Of a stretch of DNA of 64,000 nt, positions 13,692-27,354 are shown one piece after another. Each line of letters starts with the position of its first letter. Position 1 is the stretch's first letter. The notes beneath the pieces are model-generated. The model was not told the DNA's origin, ran no database searches, and saw nothing but the letters and a program-made list of their open reading frames with translations. The stretch is from Octopus sinensis. Taxonomy: Eukaryota. A program made the position numbers and the translations under genes. Location of the stretch: the NCBI RefSeq assembly GCF_006345805.1, contig NC_043022.1, forward strand, positions 2,356,001 to 2,420,000. Reading direction: 5' to 3'.

Positions 13692-13726
13692 GTTTAACGT
13701 TTCGAGTGGAGCTCTTCGTCAGAAAC
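13692..13726 (-). ncRNA. Minimal type I hammerhead ribozyme motif (Penelope-like pLTR type)
   Basis: Minus strand: GUUU-CUGACGA-AGAG-CUCCA-CUC-GAAAC-GUU-AAAC; stem I GUUU/AAAC, loopless palindromic stem III, GUU triplet; within a (TA)n-adjacent insert splitting a family A SINE. Confidence 0.65.
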
Positions 13727-16130
13727 ATAGGAAAAGGAAAGATCCAGAGAAGGGAAAACGGAGAAGAAAATTGCCAACGGTACACGCGCGGTCTGCAAAT
13801 AAGAAAATGGAGGAGAAACAAGTCCTGGGGTCGATTTGCACAACTAAAATCCTTCGAAGCGGTGTTCCAGCATGGCTGCGGTCAAATGACTGAAACCAGT
13901 AAAAGAAATTGAAATCGAACTGCTGTGTATGTACGTTTGTTTATTGTTGGCATGATGCGAGGGAGGATCATCATCATCAACGATGATTATGATGATGATG
14001 ATGATGATGCTCCCTTGCATCAAAAGTTTTGCAAACCAACTACAAAAATGAATTATTATTTATTCTCATCAATAAATGGAGTTGTTTGCAGTTGGAATAC
14101 AAGTCTAAACATGTTCTCTATTTACATTGCATAATGGAGTTTATGCAAATACCATGAAGGCAGTTTTATATCAGTTTGGCATTGGTCCAGCTTCAGACAA
14201 TATCTAACTTAACTTGAAGAGCGTTTTGCTTTTCATCCCAAAAAAGCATATCCACCTGTTACACAAAGTCCCATTGGATTGTGTCATTCACCTCTGAAAC
14301 ATCTGTGTCGATTTTCTCTTTGAGTGTGTAAGTACCCACATCTAAGGGAGCATGAAGGTGTGTGTGTGTGTGTGTATGCTGGGGTGGGTGGCTGTTTATA
14401 TGTTTGTGTGTATGCGCTTGTGAATGTGTGTCGTGTATATATAAATTTGAACTCTGTAATAGGTATATATATATTACTATATATATATATATATTATATA
14501 TATATATATATATATAAATTTATATATATAAGGATAAGATCGTTAATTTAAATATCGATCTTATCAAGTGGCCAGTATGGGAATAAAAACCTTCAAAGGC
14601 AATAATTATTATTAAAATTATAATTTAGGGTACCTTAAATTATCTTAATTAACAGCTCTTGGTGGTCCCAAATCAGATATGCAACCTTTGTGGGTGTCTT
14701 TTCAAAACATTGTCTGGTTTAAAAAGCTACATCAGATGCCATGATGGTTCTAAGGTATAGGTACAGGAGGTGGTCAAACTCTGTATAAGTAGTTGACAAC
14801 CACCATATACACACATGCGCACACACACACACTCACACTCACGTATACATACATTGTATTTGTGCCTTGTGTTTCATGTACTTTAGCTAATTTTAGAATT
14901 CTCTATTTTCACATGACACAACAGTGGTGTTTCTATTTCTAAATCCTTCTCACTATCACACAAATCTCTAGGCCCTTGAATCACTTATATGTCACTTTAT
15001 AGTTAATACACTTGCATATATATATATGTGTGTGTGTGTGTATATGTATTTATATAAAGACCCCCTTTGGTCATGAATGACCATGGGATTGCACCTTGGA
15101 AGTTCTCCTCCGTGACACAAGTCCGGGCCAGGCCAGGTTGTTTATGGGAGACCAGCAGTTACCCCTGCATACCAGCCTCCTGTCTCCATGCCACCAATGT
15201 TATCCAAGAGAAAGGCAAAGGCTGATACAACTTGACATCGCAACTCATTTCTACAGCCTTGTGAACTGGAGTGTCTTGCTCAAGAACACAACACATGGCC
15301 TGGGCCGGGAATCAAACTCACTGCCTCGTGTTTGTGAGCCCAATGCTTTTTTTTTTTAGTTTCATTTAATCACATTTGTACCTATACCAATGGATGTATC
15401 TAGTAGATGAACGGCTTACTGCTCTCTGGGATTCCTGGAAAGCGACGTTGTCAGGAATTTAGAAACCCATCAACATTTTAATGTGCATTGTTTAGGAACA
15501 GGCATGGTGTTATGTAGTCTGTTTCCCAACCACATGGTTTTGGGTTCTGTCCCATTGCATGTCACCTTGGACAAGTGTTTTCTACTAGCGAGTGAATTTG
15601 GTAGAGGGAAACTGAAAGAAGCTCATTATGTGTGTGTCACAATCTCCTTGTCTTGATATAGTATGATAGTTGTAAAGAAGTGTCACTGAGATGTAAGAAG
15701 CATCCTTTGTTTCCAATCTTCAATGAAAGCATGTCAGGAGGTTGTGGTGAAATATTACTTTACATAAAAACAAGCAAGGGTTTGTGACAGGGAGAGTATC
15801 CAGCTGTAGCAAATCTACCTCAACAAATTCTGTCTAACCTATACAGGCATGGAAAAGTTGATGTTGAATCGGTAATTATGAAGATAACGATGATTACTAT
15901 TGTTGTAAATGTAAATCTGTAATTATTTCCAATACTGTCGTTTAACTGATAGTGGTAGAAATCTACTTACGTGTATTAAAAGATCTGTCCAGTACCTTAC
16001 GCCCTCCGCCTTTTCTGATACAGATGCTATTGGCTCAGGGTAAGGTTTTGGTATGAAATACTCCTCATAGATCTCGGCTGTCCTTCCAAGCATCAGTCCA
16101 GTGTAATCCTTATAAGATTTTGATTATTAA

Positions 16131-16351
16131 CCCTTTAGTGTTTGCATTATTCTACCAAAATTAATGCTTCTTCATCCACATTCTTTTGAATTGATCATGC
16201 ATTATCTTGCAACTATGAGATTTTGATGAGGTAGCTGTTAATTTTTTAAAAGATATTGTAGGGTTGGTGTGAGAGACCAGATATGGCTAGTTTGAACATA
16301 AAACAGGCAGAATACTTTTGGCCGGATATGGCTGGTTTAAATGCTAAAGGG
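16131..16351. mobile_element. piggyBac-type MITE, family P (~220 bp)
   Basis: TTAA-CCCTTTAG...CTAAAGGG-TTAA; many copies (e.g. ~19918-20138, ~22059-22278, ~29223-29435, ~35127-35772 split by a SINE, ~45455-45667, 51633-52062, 54227-54447, ~55517-55734). Confidence 0.9.
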
Positions 16352-18782
16352 TTAAGTTGATGATAGACACATTTTGAGGTAAAACTCATATGGCACTCTT
16401 TTCCAAAATCGAATCCACTTCACTCAAGATGGCTTTTGCAATAAACTGTTTGTGTGAATGTGTTATTCAGGTTTCAAACCACTGCTGGCTTCACCTCCAT
16501 TGTCCCCCCCCCCCGTCTCACACATATCTGGGGAGAGGCAGAAAAATCTTTGCCCCTCGCTTTCGTGTGTGTGTGTGTGTCTCTATGTGCCTTTCACTGC
16601 TTGACAAGAAAGTGGGTGTTGGTTTGTTTGTCTCCATAACTTAGCAGTTCAGCAAAAGGATAAAATATAGAATAAGTACCATTGAGGCAGTGTCCCAGCA
16701 TGGCCACTGTCCAGTGACTGAAACGAGTAAAAGAATATGAGAGTGGAAGAGGGGGGAACTGGGGGAGGGGTCATTCAGTTCTATTCCTTTCCAGTTCACT
16801 GACATCTATGGTTAGCCAAAAGGGTTACTCAATCCCTATTTGTCTCACATAAATTCACAAACACACACACACACAATGTATGCATAAATATAATTTATGT
16901 GTGATTCAATGTATGGCATCACTAATGTTGGTGTCACTCAGTGCTGGAACCCAAGGTGCCACCCACCCACAACATGGACATGTAACGCCACCCCTCCTCG
17001 TTACCTGAAAAGAGAGTCACTGTAAAGAAATAGGTTTTTTTTTTTTTTTTTTGGTATTTAATAAACTCATTAAGCATAATTCTCAAAATATAATGAATTG
17101 TATTTATGAACAGTAGCACTGACTTAAACATCTGGCATAAGTACCAGTTGTGTACTGGGGCCAATCTAATTGACTTGACTCCTTGCGCCAAAATTTGAAA
17201 CCAATATTAAATATTACATACAAGACAACGAGCTGGTAGAGAATCTTTAGCCCACTGGGCAAAATGCTTTGTAGTATTTCATCTGTCTGTATGTCCTGAG
17301 TTCAAATTCTATCAAGGCTGATTTTATCTTACACCCTTTCAGAGTTGATAAAATAAGTACCAGTTGATTACTGGTGAGGAGTGGGGGGGTTGATGTAATC
17401 GACTTAACCCTTTCCTTGGAATTGCTGGCAAAAAGTATCCAGGTCACACTGTAAAGTGGTTGGCATTTGGAAGCGCATCCAACTGTAAAAAGAACCATGC
17501 CAAAACTGCTTGTGCTACATAAAAAGCACTTGGTCCACTCTGCTGGGTGATTGGTGCTAGGAAGGGCATCCAGCTGTAGAAACCATGCCAAAACAGACAC
17601 AGAAATCTGGTGCAGTCTTCTGTCTAACCGTCCAACCCATGCCAGCATGGAAAACAAGCGTTAAATGATGATGAATACCCTGGTATATAATGCTCAGCAC
17701 TAAATGTAGCCAGTAAAATCTTAGAGAAATAATTTTCCTCTATAAATACACACTGATTTTTCTTTTGCATTTTAACGTATGAAGAAAGGTATTTAGCTAG
17801 ATTTATTATAATTGCTGTATAAGATACATTGAAAATAAAATACATCATAAAAAGCAATTTCTAAAATGACTATTGAACTTTACATCTGTGGACCATAAAA
17901 TTGCACTTGCTGTAAAACTGTCACATATATTTTCTAGAAAATAAATATAGGTGCTGGTTTAGCTATGTGATAAGAAGTTTGCTTTCCAACTACATGGTTC
18001 CAATGCTTTCCAACTACATGGTTCCAAGTTCAGTCCCACGTCATGGCACCTTGGGTAAGTGTCTTGTAGCCTTGGATCAACCAAAGCCTTGTGAGTGGAT
18101 TTAATGGACAGAAACTGAAAGAAGCCTATCCTGTAGTATGTGTGTGTGTTTACATCCCCATAATTTAGCAGTTTGTCAAACTGCTAAGTTATGGGGCTGT
18201 TATATACTTTATATATATATTTCTTTACTGCCCACAAGGAGCTAAACATAGAGGGGACAAACAAGGACAGACAAAGGGATTAAGTCGATTACATCGACCC
18301 CAGTGTGTAACTGGTACTTTATTTATCGACCCCGAAAGGATGAAAGGCAAAGTCGACCTCGGTGGAATTTGAACTTAGAACGTAACGGCAGACGAAATAT
18401 GGCTACGCATTTCGCCCGGCGTGCTAACGTTTCTGCCAGCTCTCCGCCTTATACTTTATTTATACACACACTTAAATGATATGAATACATAAGCTTTACA
18501 GACTAATTTGAACGCTAGAGTTAAAGTGATACAAGTGAAAACCTGCCATCAAAATTTCATTTTAATTTATGTTCCAAACACCAGCTTAATAATGACACAT
18601 TTATTTTATTAAATTCTTCATTGTTTTTGAAATTAATTGACACGACTATTTTGACAGAGAGTTCAAAGCCTAGTAAAACATCTGTATTATGTATGAATAT
18701 ATACTGTATATGGGTCTTCATATTTTGTAGATTTTGTAGGGAAGCCAGGCACACACAATATTATATTAAATTACAGAACATA

Positions 18783-19192
18783 GGCGCAGGAGTGGCTGTG
18801 TGGTAAGTAGCTTGCTAACCAACCACATGGTTCCGGGTTCAGTCCCACTGCGTGGCATCTTGGGCAAGTGTCTTCTGCTATAGCCCCGGGCCGACCAATG
18901 CCTTGTGAGTGGATTTGGTAGACGGAAACTGAAAGAAGCCTGTCGTATATATGTGTATATATATATATATATATATGTGTGTGTATGTTTGTGTGTCTGT
19001 GTTTGTCCCCCTAGCATTGCTTGACAACCGATGCTGGTGTGTTTACGTCCCCGTCACTTAGCGGTTCGGCAAAAGAGACCGATAGAATAAGTACTGGGCT
19101 TACAAAGAATAAGTCCTGGGGTCGATTTGCTCGACTAAAGGCAGTGCTCCAGCATGGCCGCAGTCAAATGACTGAAACAAGTAAAAGAGAGA
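18783..19192 (+). mobile_element. tRNA-derived SINE, family A, full-length young copy
   Basis: GGCGCAGGAGTGGCTGTGTGGTAAG head through GTAAAAGAGAG tail; >20 copies or fragments in window. Confidence 0.92.
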
Positions 19193-22100
19193 GTATTGTA
19201 TTACACACACACACACACGTTTTGTTTCTATGCTCTAATAAAAATAATTTTACATTAAACTGAGGGATTATTCAATACATTTGGGAAAGTACAAATTTAT
19301 TATTATCTAATAAGAATGATATTTATTTCTTTACTACCCACAAGGGGCTAAACAAGGACAGACAAAGGGATTAAGTCGATTACATCGACTCCCAGTGCGA
19401 AACTGGTACTTTATTTATCGACCCCGAAAGGATGAAAGGCAAAGTCGACATCGGCGGAATTTGAACTCAGAACGTAACGACAGACAAATTACCGCTAAGC
19501 ATTTCGCTGCCTTTATTTAATAAGAATGATATTAACAGTGACTTAGCTGACTTCAGAGTTGCTGTGAATACTATTCTTTTTAAGAATTACATGCATCCAT
19601 GTATGTATGTATGTATGTATATGTGTGTATGTATGTGTGTGTGTGTGTATGTAAAATGTGTGTGGCTGGATGGTAAGAAGCTTGTTTTCCCTCTACATGG
19701 CCTTGGGTTCAGTCATACTGCATGGCACCTTGGGCAAGTGTCTTTTAAGTTAACTCTGGGCCAACCAAATCCTTATGAGTGGATTTGGTAGTTGGAACCT
19801 GAAAGAAGCCTGTTTGTGTGTGTTTGCCCCCACCACTGGTTGATGTTGTGGTGTTTACATCCCCCGTAACTTAGCAGCTTAAGAAAAGTAACTGAAGGAA
19901 TAAGTACCAGGCTTTTAACCCTTTAGTATTTAAACTGGCCATATCCGGCCAAAGTTTTCTACCTATTTTATGTTTAAACTGACCAGATCAGGCCTCTCAC
20001 ACCTAACCTACATTGACATTCTAAAAATGAACAATCACGTCATTGAAACCTCAAAGCTATAAGATAATGCATGATTAATTAAAAACAATTTGAGTGAAAA
20101 AGTATTACATTTAACAGAGTAATCTGAACACTAAAGGGTTAAATAAAAAAAAAAATAAAAAATCCCGGGATTGAGTCATTCAACTGAAATTGTTCAAGGC
20201 AGTGCCCCAGCATGGCCGTAATCCAATGACTGAAACTACCAAAACATACAACATATAAAAAATAGATTGTGTGTGTTTCTAATTCTCTACTGGTGACCAC
20301 GAGAACCTACTGAATTAAACTGTTGACTTTCAGCTTCAACACAAGAGTATCACCAGCTCAACCACAAGTACTGCTGCTACTATTTCAAATAGACGGTTTC
20401 CCTTTATTTTCGAGACAATGATTACTAAATAGCTTTACTTTGAATCCATAGTTACTAAAAATATGTGTTTTCAAGAGGCTGAACTTGAATATCCAGTACA
20501 GCTGCTTATTATGATCAGTGGTTTACACTTCTATAAATATATTACTGTTGGATGGCTATTTGTCTCTAACCATCCTGATTAAGTAAAGAGCTTTGTGGGA
20601 GTGTGTGCATGCGTCTGTGTTTGATTGGACTTCATTTTGTTGTCCAGTTACATTTTTGTGAGTTGTTTTTAGCTGGCTGGTGGGACGGTGAGGGGGTACG
20701 TTGCAGTTTATGAAATACTCGCGGAAATATTCTTCCCATTATTAAAAAAAGATATTGTAATGCAGATAAAATCTTTAAAAGCACTTTAACAAGAGCAACA
20801 ACAACAATGATAATCCTTTCTACTAAAGGCACAAGGCCTGAAATTTTGTGGTGGTGGTGGTGGGGGGGCTAGTCGATTACATTGATCCCCAGTGGGTTCA
20901 CTGGTACTTATTTCATTGACGCCGAAAGAAGGAAAGGCAAAGTTGACCTTGGTGGAATTTGAAGTCAGGACATACCGCTAGGTATTTTGCTTGGTGCACT
21001 AACAATTCCGGAGCCCACTGCCGTAATAATAATAATAATAATAATCCTTTCTACTATTGGCACAAGGCCTGAAATTACATCCCCCTCCCCCCGTGTTTCA
21101 CTGGTACTTAATTTATCAACCCCCGAAATGATGAGAGGCAAAGTCAGCCTCGGCGAAATTTGAACTCAGAACATAAAGGTGGGTGAAATGACCCCGAGCA
21201 TTTTGCCAGGCATACTAACAGTATCAGTATTAATATGCCTGTGAAGAGGCCATTTGAGGACTTAGCTGTCTGAGAATATTATCATCCTCAGCAGATGTTC
21301 ATCACCTCACCAAGTTTTTCCCCACCGCACCCCTTACATTCCTGGTAATAACTAGCCACTGTATTAGCAGTAAGAATAGCATATGCTCTCATTCCCTTAT
21401 TACAGTGATTAATATGCTAATTATGTCAACTTGCCCCCCCCCCCCATTTTTCGTGTAAGTTTTTAAATGTTTTTAGTTCTTGTTGTTCATCGTTTACTTG
21501 TTTCAATTATTAAACTGCGGCCATGCTGGGGCACTGCCTTGAATTTTAATCTAACGATTCGACCTCAGTACTTAAGTTTTGTTTTTATGCTTGGTGCTTA
21601 TTCTGTCAGTTTCTTGTGCTAGGCTGCTAAGTTACAGGAACATAAACACACCAACACCAGTTCTCAAGTGGCCAGCAGGTGTGTGAGTGTGTCAAATAAT
21701 AATAATAATAATAATAATAAAGTAGTAAAATTTGAACCCATGACCATTTATATGAAAGAAGAAAAAGGAACCATGTTATTACCCGGCCATTAAAAGTAGG
21801 GTTTGGGTTGGGCAGACTCAATCAGTTTATATCCTATCTGAACCTAATTCATTCTTTCTAGACGGTTTTGATGTTTGGAAATAATTCTGTACAAGAATGT
21901 CCTCTTTGGTGCAGGAGTATGGTAAGTAGCCTGCTTACCAACCACATGGTTCCGGGTTCAGTCCCACAATGTGGCACCTTGGGCAAATGTCTTCTGCTAT
22001 AGCCTCAGGCCAACCAAAGTCTTGTGAGTGGTCATGCAAATCAACTCCAGTTTTTTAACCCTTTAGTGTTCAGGTTATTCAATCAAACATAATGCCTATT

Positions 22101-24799
22101 GATTCACATTGATTTAAATTAATCATGCATTATTTCATATCTTCAAGATCTTGATGGTGTAATTACTTAATGTAGAATAACATTGTAGGGTAGGTGTGAG
22201 AGCCTGGATCTGGTCAGTTTGAACATAAAACAGACTAGCTATTTTGGCCGGATATGGCCAGTTTAAATACTAAAGGGTCAAGCCTTGCACTTATTCTATC
22301 AGTTTCTTTGCTGAACCACTAAGTTAGTTGTCGAGCAGTGGCGGTAGACAAATGTGGACACAAAGACACACACGGCAGGCTCCTTTCAGTTTCTGTCTAC
22401 CAAATCCACTCAAGGCTTTGGCTAGTGCAAGGCTACAGTAGAAGACACTTGCTCAAGGTGCCACACGGTGGAACTGAACCTGGAACCATGTGGTTGGGAA
22501 GTAAATTAGCACACAGCCATGCTTGCGCTTATCCAAAGAGGATTTTAACCCAATATTTACATGTTACAATAGCTACATCTAGTTTGAGATTTACCATTCT
22601 ACTAAATATTTTTTTTCTTTCTCAAAAAGAGCAAATTATTTACATGGGAACCCTTATTCTTCAATCACCCCTTTTCTTTACTCACACAGACACTCAGCCA
22701 TTATCTTCTATCTTAGTTCCCACCCTTGTCAACTTCCTTCTCTTCTCTTTTATTCTCACCCCCCCCCCCCGCCCCCATCCTTCACCCCCTCCCATCCTCT
22801 CTCTCTTACATCTGGCTAAACAGTCTTTCTTAAGTGAAGAAATATTTGGTGGAAAACAACAAACTTTTTCATAAGTTGACCTAAAAAAAAAAGGCATTTG
22901 ACAGGTTCCCTGTGGTGTGTAATGAGAAAGCTGTGTGTTGATAAATGGCATTTGAGCTGCAGTAGTAGAGGCCAATATATGGAGCTATTACTGAGCAATA
23001 AAGGTTCAGGTATTTATCTAAGGAGGATGGGAAGGGGGAGATCATCAGCACCCTCCTTCCCCACCTCATTTACAACCCTCTGTGTGTGTGTGTGTGTGTG
23101 AACTCAGGGGTTGCTGAAGTTGGTACATTGAAATGGAAGCTTATTCTAAGAGGCTGACACTATTTATTATTCTCTCAGCAATAAAGAGTCACACATCTAA
23201 ACAATGTGAGGAAAATTTCAGAGAAGTACTTGATCTGAAAGTAAGGCGGCAAGCTGGCAGAAACGTCTGCGAGCCATATTTCATCTGCAGTTACGTTCTG
23301 AGTTCAAATTCCACCGAGGTCGACTTTGTCTTTCATCCTTTCAGGGTCGATAAATTAAGTACCAGTGAAACAGTGGGGGGTTGATGTAATTGACTTAATA
23401 CCTATGTCCGTCTGTGTTTGGCCCCTTGTGGGTTGTAAAGAAATAGATTTGATCTGAAATAATGTGTTGAAACTAAAACAATTTCTGCAGAGAAGTCACA
23501 TATTAGCCCTCAAAAAACTCACAGACTGTTAACGTCACTTAACCCTTTCGCATTCGGATTACTCGCATGTAATACATGTTCATTCACAATGTTTACATCC
23601 CCATAACTTAGCAGTTCGACATAAAGGGGCAATAAAATGAGTGTATTTAAACCGGCCATATCCGGCCAAAATATTTAATCTGTTTTATGTTCAAACTGAC
23701 CAGATCCAGGCTCTCACACCTACCCTACAATGTTATTCCACATTAAGTAAGTACACCATCGAGATATCTTGAGATATGAGATAATGCATGATTAATTCAA
23801 ATCAATGGGAATCAAATACTTACACACACTCACACTCATATAACCGTTACTTGTTTCAGTCATTAGACTGTGGCCATACTGGAGCCCAATCTTGAAGAAT
23901 TTTGGTCGAATGAATCAGAACCAGTGCTTATATTATTTTTTGAGCCTGGTACTTAGTTTTTCACTCTCTTTTGCCAAACCAATAAGTTGCAAGGATGTAA
24001 ACACACCAACAGCGGTGGGAAACGAACACACACACACACATGTATTTACTTTTTTATGAAAGCTATAGCAACATCACAACACTATTACTTAGAGTTTCTG
24101 TTCATCAGACAGTTTTGTGATGTTTTTGCAGCTTTAATGAAAAAAGCATATAACTCTACTTTCGCCATGTGAGTGTGTATGTGTGTGTGTGTGTGTGTGT
24201 GTATCGCTAGCCACTATTCCTTTTCTATTTTCTCTCCCTGTTTATTTCTGTATTCCTTTCAGTGGAAGAGCATAGATTCGAAACGTAAAAGGCTTTCTCT
24301 CTTCCTGAGCATTAAACTAATACATCTGTTTGTTGTTTACTCACCCGTCTTTGTCTTTTGTTTTTTTGTAAATTCTCACTATATATATATATATATATCG
24401 CCTGGTCCCCGTGCCGGTGGCACGTAAAAGTACCATCTGTTTGTGGCCGTTTGGCAGCTCCGTCTGGCACCTGTGCGGGTGGCACGTAAAAAGCACCCAC
24501 TACACTCACGGAGTGGTTGGCATTAGGAAGGGCATCCAGCCGTAGAAACACTGCCAGATCAGACTGGGCCTGATGCGGCCTTCCGGCTTCACAGACCCCA
24601 GTTGAACCGTCCAACCCATGCTAGCATGGAAAGCGGACGCTAATTGATGATGATGTTGAGATATATATATATATATATACACTTCTAAATTATTTATATA
24701 CTTATAAGATAGGTTATAATCATAAAAATGATTATATCAGTGGCCTAGCACATAAAAATGACATTAATTTTTTTATGTATATAATTATAAAAATATAAT

Positions 24800-24937
24800 T
24801 ATAGTTAAGGGCTACTGGAAATAACCATCACCAATGCTAGAAATAGATGGTTGAATATAGAGAAATTTTAGAGTGGATTGTAGGTATTTGACATCTACTT
24901 CAAGCATTGGCGATGGTCATTTCCAGTAGCCCTTAAC

Positions 24938-24945
<8 letters not shown>
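24800..24945. repeat. Palindromic element in (TA)n
   Basis: ATAGTTAAGGGCTACTGGAAATAACCATCACCAATGCT ... AGCATTGGCGATGGTCATTTCCAGTAGCCCTTAACTAT; ~50-bp arms. Confidence 0.85.
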
Positions 24946-24969
<24 letters not shown>

Positions 24970-25039
24970 ATATGGTGGGCTTTCAGTTTCTGTTTACCAG
25001 AACCACTCACAAGGCTTTGGTTGGCCCAAGGCTCTAGCA

Positions 25040-25570
25040 TAGCGTTTTTTAAACTATATGTTGTGACCCCAAATGGGGTCATGAAAATTAAATTCAAACA
25101 CTAGAATTTCAGTTTATGTTATTTCACAAACACATATTTAATACCTGGGTTGGGGCAAGCGAAATCGAAATCGAATTGAACCAGCCAGGATCCCTGGTCT
25201 GGTGGTACGTAAAAAGCACTATCCGACTCGTGGCCGATGCCAGCACCGCCTCGACTGGCTTCCGTGCCGGTGGCACGTAAAATACACCAATCCGACCGTG
25301 GCCGTTGCCAGCCTCGCCTGGCACCTGTGCAGGTGGCACGTAAAAAGCACCCACTACACTCACGGAGTGGTTGGCGTTAGGAAGGGCATCCAGCTGTAGA
25401 AACTCTGCCAGATAAGACCGGAGCCTGGTGCAGCCTTCTGGCTTCCCAGATTGCCGGTCGAACCGTCCAACCCATGCTAGCATGGAGAACGGACGTTAAA
25501 CGATGATGATGATGGTAAAACTCGTGATGAAAAATGGGGTCATGAATGAAAAACGTTTTAAGAAGCGCTG
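25040..25570. mobile_element. hAT-type MITE with nested family C repeat
   Basis: TIR (T/C)AGCG(T/C)TT(T/C)TTAAA; 8-bp TSD CTCTAGCA at 25032-25039 and 25571-25578; inserted inside a family A SINE. Confidence 0.8.
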
Positions 25571-26149
25571 CTCTAGCAGAAGACGCTAACCTAAGGTGCA
25601 TACCATGCCGTGGTACTGAACCCGTAACCACGTGGTTAAGAAGTAAACTTCTTATCATGCAGCCACACCTGCGTCTATACATACATTTGGAATTTTTACT
25701 ATCCTAATAAAACAAAGGCAATCTATATATATTTCCCAAAACGGAGAGGAGGTTGGGAAGACATAGCAAGAACAAAAACAAACAAAAACGTTATCAGATC
25801 AATTGATGTCCTATATTCAACTTGACTTGCGTAAAAAGTCTTTCCCTCTCCACCTCCTCTTCCTCCCCCTCCCCTTCCTCTCTCTCCCCTTCCTCCTCCT
25901 TTCTCCCCATATACAATGCCTCTGGATCTTGACCGCAAGATGATTATCTAATCACACAAATTAGATGTCTGGACCACTTTCTTCGCTTCTCGGGTTTTAC
26001 TAGCCAGCAATTCTAAGTAGTTGTTAGTACATTTCGGAACGAGACGAGGACTGTTACATCCCATTTGTGTTTTTCAGATGGTCAGTCCCGATGGTCTAAT
26101 AATAGTCATCTGTAAAACTAGCCTTCTCTCCACCCTCATGCACTCACCT

Positions 26150-26905
26150 ATTATATATGTGTATGTGTGTGTGTATGTATGTATGTTTGTGTGTATATAT
26201 GTATGTTTTTGTGTATATATATATTTGTGTGTGTATACATGTGTATTTATTTGTATATATATATATGTATGTATGTTAGTGCGTCTATATATGTGTTTGT
26301 GTCTATATATATGTATGTTTGTATGTATATATTTGTGTGTTTGTGTGTGTGCATATATGTATGCTTGTGTGTGTGTGTATGTATGTTTGTATGTGTGCAT
26401 ATATGTATGTTTTTGTGTATATATATATTTGTATGTGTATACATGTGTATTTATATATATGTATGTTAGTGCGTCTATATATACGTGTTTGTGTGTCTAT
26501 ATATACGCATGTGTTTGTGCGTCTATATATGTGTGTATATATGTATGTTTGTATGTGTGTATATATATGTTTTTGTGTATATATACATTTGTGTGTGTAT
26601 ACATGTGTATTTATATATGTATATATATATATATATATGTGTGTATGTATATTAATGCGTCTATATACCCGTGTTTGTGTGTCTATATATATATGTGTGT
26701 ATGTATATTAATGCGTCTATATACCCGTGTTTGTGTGTCTATATATATATGTGTGTATGTATATTAATGCGTCTATATACCCGTGTTTGTGTGTCTATAT
26801 ATATATGTGTGTATGTATATTAGTGCGTCTATATACACGTGTTTGTGTGTCTATATATATGTGTGTATATATGTATGTTTGTACGTGTATATTTGTGTGT
26901 GCGTA
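26150..26905. repeat. Complex TG/TA microsatellite with ~45-bp higher-order units
   Basis: Repeated TAATGCGTCTATATACCCGTGTTTGTGTGTCTATATAT; C/V/Y-rich ORFs are spurious. Confidence 0.95.
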
Positions 26906-27082
26906 TTATAATTTTCTGCTGACACACAATCTAACCAGCTCCACACTCGTGTTGTCTCTAGTTGACCTCTATAATCATTATTAAAAGCTTTCCATCCAGT
27001 TAAACACCACTCACCACACACACCCACACCATGCACACAAACACCCACACACAGTGACACTCGAGCAAGATATCTGCTGTAG

Positions 27083-27114
<32 letters not shown>

Positions 27115-27322
27115 GCTATGGCCTTCTTCTGATAAGCAGTAATTGAACTCCATATTGATTGTGTAGACTGTTTCATATACGATAATGGTGAATATACTTA
27201 GTTGCATGTATTTCTGGTACTATAATGTAAACCTTTGATCTTTGTCTCTGTGTGCGTGTGTGGGAGGGGAAAAGCGTGTAAGTGGTCTGTTTGTGTACAC
27301 ACATGCATTAAAGCACTTCGTG

Positions 27323-27354
<32 letters not shown>

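Noticed and set aside
26078-26111. Possible NCoR exon reading GQSRWSNNSH
   Set aside because: Only superficial similarity to EQSRY, weak donor, and phase does not fit the downstream exons
26021-26984. 248-aa Cys/Val/Tyr-rich ORF and overlapping frames
   Set aside because: Translation of TG/TA microsatellite
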